64,000 nt of DNA from a virus (lineage: Duplodnaviria; Caudoviricetes). The notes beneath the pieces are model-generated. The model had not been told where the DNA came from. It ran no database searches and worked only from the letters and a program-made list of their open reading frames with translations. Below, piece by piece: positions 8,322 to 15,193 of this stretch (position 1 is its first letter; each line of letters starts with the position of its first letter). Both the position numbers and the translations under genes were made by a program. The stretch is from IMG/VR virus record IMGVR_UViG_3300048606_000077, positions 4,380 through 68,379 of that record; one strand, 5' to 3'.

Positions 8322-9389
8322 TTGCACGCCCACAGACAACTCGTCGTCCTCATACCCGCCCGCAACGAAGCCGACCGTATCGCCGCAGCCATCCACGGCC
8401 TCCACGCCCAGACCCACCGCCCAGACACCATCATCGCCGTCGCCAACAACTGCACCGACGCAGACGCCACCCTCAACACGGCACGCGACGCCGGCGCATG
8501 GGTCCTCAACATCCCCGCCTGCCAGGGCAAGAAAGCCGGCGCACTCAACGCGGCCCTCGACGAGGTGCTGCCCGGCCTTCACGATGACGACCTGGTCCTC
8601 GTCCAGGACGCCGACACCGTCCTCAACCCCCGCTTCCTCGAGCACGCAGCCGGAGCCATGGGCCGCCGCGTCGGGGCGGTGGGCGGCATCTTCTACGGCG
8701 AGGCCGGCGGTGGCATCCTCGGCCAGCTTCAGCGCATGGAGTACCAGCGGTACGCGTGGGAGATAGGCCGCACGGGCGGCAAGGCCACCGTCCTCACCGG
8801 CACGGCCAGCCTCTTCAGGGTCCGGGTCCTGCGGCAGATAAGGCAGGCCCGTGTCGACGGCAAGCTCGGCGGCGGCACCTCGTACTACAGCCTCGCCTCG
8901 CTGACCGAGGACGACGAGATCACCAAGGCCGTCAAGACCCTCGGCTACCGCACCATGAGCCCCGCGGCGTGCACCGTCACCACCGAGGTCATGACCAACC
9001 CGCGGGCCCTGTGGAACCAGCGGATGAGGTGGCAGCGCGGCGCCCTGGAGAACCTGCGCGACTACGGCTGGACGCGGGTGACGGCCCCGTACTTCGGCAA
9101 GCAGATCATGATGGGCTGCGGCGCCCTCGCATTCGCCCTGTACCTGCTGTTCCTCGCCCTGCAGCTCACCCTCATCGGGCATGTCGGGGTCTCGCCGTTC
9201 TGGACCTCCATCGGTCTGATCTTCATCGTGGAGAAGGTCGTCTCGGTGCGGCGGGCGGGTTGGCGGTCCGTGCTCCTGGCTCTGGTCATGGTTCCGGAGC
9301 TCATCTACGACGTGTTCCAACACGCGGTTTTCTTCCGGGCGCTGTACGACCTGGCGCGCCGGAAGGAAGAGCGCTGGGTTGCCACCTAA
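8322..9389 (+). CDS. Processive GT2 glycosyltransferase (PgaC/IcaA/NodC/HAS-like synthase)
   Basis: IPARNE, GKKAGALN, QDAD, LQRMEY, LTEDDEIT and QRMRW (QxxRW) motifs; C-terminal TM helices; TTG start with GGGGGA RBS. Confidence 0.9.
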   Translation: MHAHRQLVVLIPARNEADRIAAAIHGLHAQTHRPDTIIAVANNCTDADATLNTARDAGAWVLNIPACQGKKAGALNAALDEVLPGLHDDDLVLVQDADTVLNPRFLEHAAGAMGRRVGAVGGIFYGEAGGGILGQLQRMEYQRYAWEIGRTGGKATVLTGTASLFRVRVLRQIRQARVDGKLGGGTSYYSLASLTEDDEITKAVKTLGYRTMSPAACTVTTEVMTNPRALWNQRMRWQRGALENLRDYGWTRVTAPYFGKQIMMGCGALAFALYLLFLALQLTLIGHVGVSPFWTSIGLIFIVEKVVSVRRAGWRSVLLALVMVPELIYDVFQHAVFFRALYDLARRKEERWVAT

Positions 9390-9445
9390 CGGCCATTCCC
9401 GGCGCTGTACGTTCACTCACCAGAAGTACTGAGAAGGGAATCATC

Positions 9446-9610
9446 ATGTACGGCTCTATCGGGGGCGTGGCCACGGGCGGCGCTGCTGGCGCGACGCTGG
9501 CTGCGACTGGCGCTGGCTTCGGTTTGCTCGCTGCGGTTGTTGCGGTGACGACGTTGATCGCGGCTGGTCTGTCGTTGTGGAAGCTGGCGCCGCGTCTGCG
9601 TGGCCGCTGA
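9446..9610 (+). CDS. 54-aa peptide with LAxTG sorting-signal-like motif, TM helix and basic tail
   Basis: MYGSIGGVATGGAAGAT-LAATG-AGFGLLAAVVAVTTLIAAGLSLWKLAP-RLRGR; AAGGGA RBS. Confidence 0.7.
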   Translation: MYGSIGGVATGGAAGATLAATGAGFGLLAAVVAVTTLIAAGLSLWKLAPRLRGR

Positions 9611-9622
9611 TCTTTGTTCCTC

Positions 9623-9656
9623 GGGCCCGCTTCGGCATTCCAGCCGGGGCGGGCCC
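9623..9656 (+). terminator. Hairpin after the GT2/LAxTG pair
   Basis: GGGCCCGCTTCGGC/GCCGGGGCGGGCCC stem with GU pairs. Confidence 0.45.
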
Positions 9657-9759
9657 ACCCTTGTCCGCTCGCAGCGGACCGGGACCCCACGGGCGCTAGC
9701 GCCAAACCGCTATCATCGGCGCAATGGCCTTTAACCGGACCGGCAAACCAGGAGCCACC

Positions 9760-10005
9760 ATGGCAACAGCAGCCAAACCCGTAGGCCGCCCCCGTGACCC
9801 CGCCGTCATAGCCCGCGACGAAGGCATCTACGACCTGCTCGCTGCCGGGCCGCACTCGCGCAGCGCCCTCGCCACCGCCACCGGCCTCGACCGGGACGCC
9901 GTTTATCTCTCCTGCTCCCGGCTCCACAAGCAGGGCCGCATCCGGCAGTGCAACGAAGGCGGGGCCATCGTGTGGGCTGTCAACGACGGCACCCCCTGCG
10001 CCTGA
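9760..10005 (+). CDS. Winged-helix DNA-binding protein (alternative leaderless start at 9724)
   Basis: GRPRDP...SRSALATATGLDRDAVYLSCSRLHKQGRI; TATCAT -10-like hexamer at 9711-9716. Confidence 0.7.
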   Translation: MATAAKPVGRPRDPAVIARDEGIYDLLAAGPHSRSALATATGLDRDAVYLSCSRLHKQGRIRQCNEGGAIVWAVNDGTPCA

Positions 10006-10017
10006 GAGGAACGGCCA

Positions 10018-10197
10018 ATGTGCGACCGCCCCGCCACCCCCATCGCCATCCGGCGCCGCTCGCACTCGGAGTCACTGCGCTGGATCGCTGACAAGCTCGG
10101 CGACGACGTCGCCCTACTCGGTCACGCCGTCGTGCTGCACTCAATCGCCGACGAGCTCGACGCTGAAGCCGCCAGCAGAGTGAAGGACTCCCAATGA
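10018..10197 (+). CDS. Small hypothetical protein (59 aa)
   Basis: GAGGA RBS; ATGA overlap with the WhiB gene. Confidence 0.6.
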   Translation: MCDRPATPIAIRRRSHSESLRWIADKLGDDVALLGHAVVLHSIADELDAEAASRVKDSQ

Positions 10198-10595
10198 GTA
10201 CACCCCTCCGGCTGCTCACCAATGCCGACGACATCGCCTGGATGGCCGACGGAGCCTGCAACGGCCAGCCCCTCAACACCTTCATCCCCGACGGCATCGA
10301 AACCAAGGCCGGCCTCAACGCCGCCCGCGCATGGTGCGACCCGTGCCCAGTCCGCGCCACCTGCCTCGCCTGGGCCATGCTGAAACGCTGCGACGGCTAC
10401 TGGGGCGGCACCAACACCTACCAACGCCACCAAGCTATGCGCGTACGCACCCGCGCCAAATGCTTCCTCTGCAAAAGCGAAAGCCTCGTAGCCGCCGACC
10501 AGCACGAACTGTGCCTCGCCTGCGGCATGTCGTGGGTCCGTGACGTACGGCTCGAACCGCTGGCCGCTACACCGCTACCGTCGACCGCGGCATAG
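10194..10595 (+). CDS. whiB: WhiB-family regulator with extra C-terminal zinc ribbon
   Basis: W...GAC...F...A...CDPCPVRATCLAWA...GYWGG; then CFLC...CLACG. Confidence 0.85.
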   Translation: MSTPLRLLTNADDIAWMADGACNGQPLNTFIPDGIETKAGLNAARAWCDPCPVRATCLAWAMLKRCDGYWGGTNTYQRHQAMRVRTRAKCFLCKSESLVAADQHELCLACGMSWVRDVRLEPLAATPLPSTAA

Positions 10596-11640
10596 CCTGC
10601 TGCGTCTCGTACGCCCGGCTCCAGGCATCCAACCAACGCCACGCATGATCCTCCAGGCGCAGCTGCGCGGCCACCACGCGCCCGGCATCCGACAACTCCG
10701 CGCGCAGCCCGGCCGAATCACGCAGCCGCTTCAGCTCTCGATACCAAGCACGCGGCCGATCCGCCAGGACGCCGGCACCCATCGCGTGCAGCCGCCGGTA
10801 CTCCGCCCGCGGTGACGCCACCCATGGCACGCCGGCCGCGCACATCTCTTCAATTTTCAACCAGCTCTTCGCGGCGTTGAACTTCGTGTCCGCCAGTGGA
10901 GCGATCCCGATGCCCAACTCGGCGACTGCCCGCGGCCACTCGCCGATCGGCACCCCGCCGCCGGGTGGGTCCTGCGCCAGGCCGAACGCCGCGCCGGCGC
11001 CGGTGGAGTCGCCGCGCATCACGAACTGGGCGCCCTCGTCGACGAGGCGGGCGATCGCGCCGCCCACCACCTCCGGATCGTTGGGGTGGGAGTGGTACGA
11101 CCCGGGCCAGCCGATGACGTCACTGTCTTCGCGGGACAACCCGTAATACGACGACGGCAGGTAGTTGTACAGCACCTGCCCCCGCCCGTGCGAGGCGTAC
11201 ACCGGGAGCAGCGCCGGAGTCGACACCGTCACCAGCGTCGCCGCCCGACACGCAGCGGACAGGTGCCGCCACGAGGTGCGGTTGATCGTCCCGTCCAGGA
11301 GTCGCCTGCCCTCGTTGCGCGGGTGCATTCCGGCCCACGCCGGATTCGACGGGTGCACGGACCTCAGGTCGTCGTCGACATCCACGACGACCGCGATGCC
11401 CTTGGCGCGCAGGATCGGGATGGCGTCGGCCATCCACTGGTGGATGACCCGCTGGAACACCACGACGTCCGCGTCAACGAGGACGTCACGGACGATGTCG
11501 CGTTCCATCACCAGCCGCAGTTTCTGCCCGGGGCCGAGGACTTCGACGTCGTGGCCGGCGGCGTGGAGGAGTTCGCCGGGCCAGATCATGCGGAGGCTTC
11601 CGCACCCTGAGCGGTCGGCTGGGTTGACGATGACCTTCAC
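10567..11640 (-). CDS. GT-B fold glycosyltransferase (GT4-like)
   Basis: GCGSLRMIWP, VVFQR, VDVDDDL, IGIAPLADTKFNAAKSWLKIEEMCAAGVPWVASP. Confidence 0.8.
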   Translation of the reverse strand: MKVIVNPADRSGCGSLRMIWPGELLHAAGHDVEVLGPGQKLRLVMERDIVRDVLVDADVVVFQRVIHQWMADAIPILRAKGIAVVVDVDDDLRSVHPSNPAWAGMHPRNEGRRLLDGTINRTSWRHLSAACRAATLVTVSTPALLPVYASHGRGQVLYNYLPSSYYGLSREDSDVIGWPGSYHSHPNDPEVVGGAIARLVDEGAQFVMRGDSTGAGAAFGLAQDPPGGGVPIGEWPRAVAELGIGIAPLADTKFNAAKSWLKIEEMCAAGVPWVASPRAEYRRLHAMGAGVLADRPRAWYRELKRLRDSAGLRAELSDAGRVVAAQLRLEDHAWRWLDAWSRAYETQQAMPRSTVAV

Positions 11641-11918
11641 TCGCTGGAGGCTTTCCGGGGGCGGCTGGCGCGGGGCACCGTGGCCGGCGGGGGCTGGGCG
11701 CTCCCGTCGGTGCCGCCGGTCTTCGGCTCGGTCAGCTTCTCCAGGGCCCTAACGCGCGTGGCTACGGCGTGCAGTTCCGTGTGCAGGTCATCCACCCGCG
11801 CCAGGGCCTGGCCGAGCTGGTCGCCGACGGATGCGGCGAGTTCCGCCGGGGGCCGGGTCGTGCTGGCCTCTCCCATCACCTGCCGGGCGAGGTTCTTGAT
11901 CCGCTCATCCAGGGACAT
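11637..11918 (-). CDS. Coiled-coil hypothetical protein in the lysis module
   Basis: Follows the holin; heptad-like LARVDDLHTELHAVATRVRALE. Confidence 0.7.
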   Translation of the reverse strand: MSLDERIKNLARQVMGEASTTRPPAELAASVGDQLGQALARVDDLHTELHAVATRVRALEKLTEPKTGGTDGSAQPPPATVPRASRPRKASSE

Positions 11919-11922
11919 GCCG

Positions 11923-12237
11923 TCATCCTTCCAGACTGGTGCGGCCGGTGTTCTGCGCCAGTGCGCTGAGCCCGGTGGGTTTGTACAGGCCGAAGTGGAT
12001 GAGGACGCCGATGCCGAAGCTGACGCCCCACAGGACGACGGCGGTGCCGATGCTGTAGCCGTCGCCCGCCTGCGACAGCTCGACGAGGAACCCGTTCACG
12101 GCGGTGAGCAGCAGCAGGAGCACGGCCTTCACACCGGCCGAGGTGACGCGGGTGGTGACGAGGCCGACGAGGACGGGCAGGACGACGCTGATCGCGAGGC
12201 CGAGCCAGTACGCGGTGCCGAGGTGGACGCTGTCCAT
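11923..12237 (-). CDS. Holin
   Basis: Three TM segments; directly downstream of the endolysin; VLPVLVGLVT...K motif. Confidence 0.8.
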   Translation of the reverse strand: MDSVHLGTAYWLGLAISVVLPVLVGLVTTRVTSAGVKAVLLLLLTAVNGFLVELSQAGDGYSIGTAVVLWGVSFGIGVLIHFGLYKPTGLSALAQNTGRTSLEG

Positions 12238-12262
12238 GTGAGGATCCGTTTCTGCGCGGGGG

Positions 12263-13192
12263 TTAGGAGGCGAGGCGGGCGGCGAGCTTGACCGCCACGC
12301 GCTCGGCGATTGCCTCGGCCAGCGCAGGGCTGCCGGCCAGGGCCTGTATCTGCGCGTCGGTCAGGGCCACGGTCACAGGCAGCTTGGCCAGCGCGGCCTG
12401 GATCGCCGCGGTCTGCGCGGTTTCACCAGCCGTGAACGCCGCGGCGACGGCGGCCGTGACGCGGTCCACGTCGCTGGTCTCCAGTACGCCGCCGCCCGCG
12501 ATGAGCTTGGCCGCGACAGCCGTAGCCACCTTGCCGATGTCGTCCGTGGTGAGTGCCATGTCGTCCTCCTCTGTGGTGCCCTTCGCGAGGGCGATGAGCC
12601 GGGCGAAGTCGATCGCGCCGGGGTCTCCGTGCAGGTTCTCCGGGACGTGCAGGTGCCCACACACACCGGAGAAGTCGGTCCAGGTGGCGTTGCTCATGCG
12701 GGCGCCGTTGCTCGTGCCGTACGAGGCGGGGTACGCGGGCCACTTGGTCGGCCCGGACAGCGGCACGCCGTGCTGAGCGTTCATCCACGCCAGGAACCGG
12801 GCGACCTCAGCCAGCGCCCAGTCCGGTGCCTGCGGCCAGTAGATGTGCGCGGCGCTGCCCCACTTGGCGTGCGTCGCCGGGTCGCAGGTGCCGACCAGCT
12901 CCACCTGGCACACGTTCAGCGTGTTCGTCTGGACTCCGCCGGCCAGGTTCACCAGGGCCCGGGAGGAGACGTCGATGTCGAAGTGCTGGTACCAGACCAG
13001 CTTCCGCGCGGCCACGTCGGGCACAGCGGTGAGATTGGGTGCGGTCGCCCCGCCCCCGTAGTCCGGCAGCGTGCGCCCTTCGGTGGTGTGAAGGACGACG
13101 ACGTTGACTTCCATCGCGTCGCCCGGATACGCCTTCTGGTACCAGTGCGCGGTAGAGGCGCCGGTGTATTTCTGTGGGCCGGTCTTGGTCAT
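12263..13192 (-). CDS. Endolysin, N-acetylmuramoyl-L-alanine amidase
   Basis: VVLHTTE and GVCGHLHVPENLHGDPG zinc-amidase motifs. Confidence 0.9.
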   Translation of the reverse strand: MTKTGPQKYTGASTAHWYQKAYPGDAMEVNVVVLHTTEGRTLPDYGGGATAPNLTAVPDVAARKLVWYQHFDIDVSSRALVNLAGGVQTNTLNVCQVELVGTCDPATHAKWGSAAHIYWPQAPDWALAEVARFLAWMNAQHGVPLSGPTKWPAYPASYGTSNGARMSNATWTDFSGVCGHLHVPENLHGDPGAIDFARLIALAKGTTEEDDMALTTDDIGKVATAVAAKLIAGGGVLETSDVDRVTAAVAAAFTAGETAQTAAIQAALAKLPVTVALTDAQIQALAGSPALAEAIAERVAVKLAARLAS

Positions 13193-13204
13193 CGCGGGGT
13201 TCCC

Positions 13205-14254
13205 TCACAGCTGAGACAGCGGAATGCGAACGAAGTCGATGCCCCCGTACGGGCCGTCTGCGCCCGTCTCGTACAGCAGACCCACCTCTGCGTCCAGGAG
13301 CACCATCGACGAGTACGCCGCCGGCAGGCCCGATACCCGGTGCTTCACCTGCCAGGTGACGCCCTGGTCGTCACTGATCCACAGGGCCATCGCGGCGCGC
13401 TCGGAGGGGTGTGCGGGGCCGGAGTGGAGGAGCCTGCCGTCGGGGAGGGCGATGACGGCGCCGTGGACGGTGGGCATGGCCAGGGTTGCCTGCGGCTGGA
13501 AAGGCCCGCTCAGCGCGTGGCCGTCCGCGCTGTAGGTGTCGGCACGGGTGCCGGGCGCGGTGCCGCCCTGGTCGCGGCAGGACAGGTACACGCGACCGTC
13601 CGGCAGTTGCGCGGCGGTGGTTTCGTTCTCGTTGATGTAGCCGTCCGCGATCGAGCCGACATAGCCGAGCGCCCACGTCACGCCGCCGTCGTCGGAGTAG
13701 ATGCCGTGCGCACCGTAGTACTTCGCCTCGGTACCGGTGTCGGTGCCGGCGGGGGTGCGGGTGTGCCAGCACGGCACGACGAGGCGCCCGGAGGCCAGGG
13801 TGACGCCCGCGCCGGGGCCGGTGCCGTAGCCGCGCATCCACGAGGGCCGCACGGCGGCGGTGATCTCCACGGTCGCGGACCAGGTGACGCCGTCGTCCGC
13901 CGAGCGCTGCACGTAGATGCGGCGCGGCCCGGCCTCCCCGGAGCGGATCAGTTCCGAGGTGTCCTGGGCGCGGCTGTAGCAGGACATCAGCAGCACATCA
14001 CCCGACGCCGGGTCGGTCAGGAGGACGGGGCCTGCGGCGGTGTTGGAGCCGTGTCCGAGCGCGACGTACTGGGCGGACCAGGTGGTGCCGCCGTCGGGGG
14101 AGCGGCGGCACACGAGGTCGATGTTGCCGGTGTCGGCGTCACTGTCGACGCGTCCTTCGCAGACGGCGATGAGGGTGCCTGCCGGGGTGCGGGTGAGGGC
14201 GGGGAGGCGGTAGGTGTAGTAGCCGCCGGTTCCGGTAGTGAAGAGAGCTGACAT
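13205..14254 (-). CDS. GH33-type exo-alpha-sialidase family protein
   Basis: YRLP (FRIP) motif, CEGR, four Asp-boxes (SPDGGTTW, SADDGVTW, SDDGGVTW, SDDQGVTW), ENE, AYSS, LLYE. Confidence 0.88.
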   Translation of the reverse strand: MSALFTTGTGGYYTYRLPALTRTPAGTLIAVCEGRVDSDADTGNIDLVCRRSPDGGTTWSAQYVALGHGSNTAAGPVLLTDPASGDVLLMSCYSRAQDTSELIRSGEAGPRRIYVQRSADDGVTWSATVEITAAVRPSWMRGYGTGPGAGVTLASGRLVVPCWHTRTPAGTDTGTEAKYYGAHGIYSDDGGVTWALGYVGSIADGYINENETTAAQLPDGRVYLSCRDQGGTAPGTRADTYSADGHALSGPFQPQATLAMPTVHGAVIALPDGRLLHSGPAHPSERAAMALWISDDQGVTWQVKHRVSGLPAAYSSMVLLDAEVGLLYETGADGPYGGIDFVRIPLSQL

Positions 14255-14266
14255 GGGCGACTCCGA

Positions 14267-14800
14267 TTAGAAGGGGAGGACGGCGACCTGCCGGTTGAGC
14301 CAGGTGCCGGTCCCGGACCCGGCCTTGTATTTCGCGGTGAACGTGTTGGATCCGGCGGTCAGGGAGCTGATCATGTACATGGATCCCAGGCGCCAGCGGG
14401 ACGCGGCGAGGCCGTTGATGTTGATGGCCAAAGTGTCCGATGCGGCGATCGATGAGGCGCCGGACACTTCGACCGTCATGAAGGACGCGCCGGTCCCGGT
14501 GTTCTCCATGGCGCAGCGGATGAAGACCATCGCGCGGTTGCCTGTGGTGGTGGTGACGGCGGGCCCGGGAGTGGCGAGGTCGGTGTAGGACGTGGATGCG
14601 GTGGTCTCCGATGCGGCGACGTTGCTGACGTCGGAGAGGCGTTCCACGATGGAGTTGACGCCGTTGCCGACGAAGTGTGATGACACTTGTGTGGATTTCG
14701 CGGGCGCGGTTTCGTTCAAGTTGTCGCGCACGAACTGGTTGAACTGTGCGGCGGTAAAAACACTGTTGGCGACCGCCGTCATTGGTGCCGTCCAGGCCAC
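14267..14800 (-). CDS. Minor tail / tail-tip protein
   Basis: MAWTAPMTAVANSVFTAAQFNQFVRDNL N-terminus; Thr/Ser-rich beta composition; position after the large tail gene. Confidence 0.7.
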   Translation of the reverse strand: MAWTAPMTAVANSVFTAAQFNQFVRDNLNETAPAKSTQVSSHFVGNGVNSIVERLSDVSNVAASETTASTSYTDLATPGPAVTTTTGNRAMVFIRCAMENTGTGASFMTVEVSGASSIAASDTLAININGLAASRWRLGSMYMISSLTAGSNTFTAKYKAGSGTGTWLNRQVAVLPF

Positions 14801-14801
14801 T

Positions 14802-15182
14802 TCAGATCATCTCCTTGTATGCGGCGGAGACGCCGTGCGCGGCGTTCTCCTCCACCAGATCCGCGACGCTCTGGCCGTGGGGCAGCCGGAAGCGGATCGC
14901 CACCTCATGCGAGGCCGGGTACCAGTTGCGGTTCTGCGGGACCGGCCGCAGCCCCAGCACCGCCGTGATCGCGGCCATGTCCGCAGGCCATTCGATGGGC
15001 GCAGCGTGGCCGCAGTTGGAGCAGCCGAACTCCGGCTTCTGCACAATGCGCGGAGCACGTGGATTGCGGGCACTAGTGCGGTCGTAGAGGTGCTCCACGT
15101 TGCCGCACCCTTCACGCGGGCAGTCCGCCACCCAATCGCCCGCATACACGTAGGCCCGCGCCCGGACCATCATCAACTGCAC
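14802..15182 (-). CDS. Cys-containing tail-module hypothetical protein
   Basis: ARAYVYAGDWVADCP..GC, CSNC; embedded among tail genes. Confidence 0.65.
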   Translation of the reverse strand: MQLMMVRARAYVYAGDWVADCPREGCGNVEHLYDRTSARNPRAPRIVQKPEFGCSNCGHAAPIEWPADMAAITAVLGLRPVPQNRNWYPASHEVAIRFRLPHGQSVADLVEENAAHGVSAAYKEMI

Positions 15183-15193
15183 AGCGCTTCTCC

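Noticed and set aside
7773-9416. Long antisense and alternative-frame ORFs (e.g. 7773-9416 minus, 12629-14251 plus, 16028-17758 plus, 27305-29359 plus, 32585-34225 plus, 59484-60770 minus)
   Set aside because: Shadow ORFs typical of high-GC DNA: Arg/Pro/Gly-rich, no motifs, and overlapping well-supported genes on the other strand or frame.
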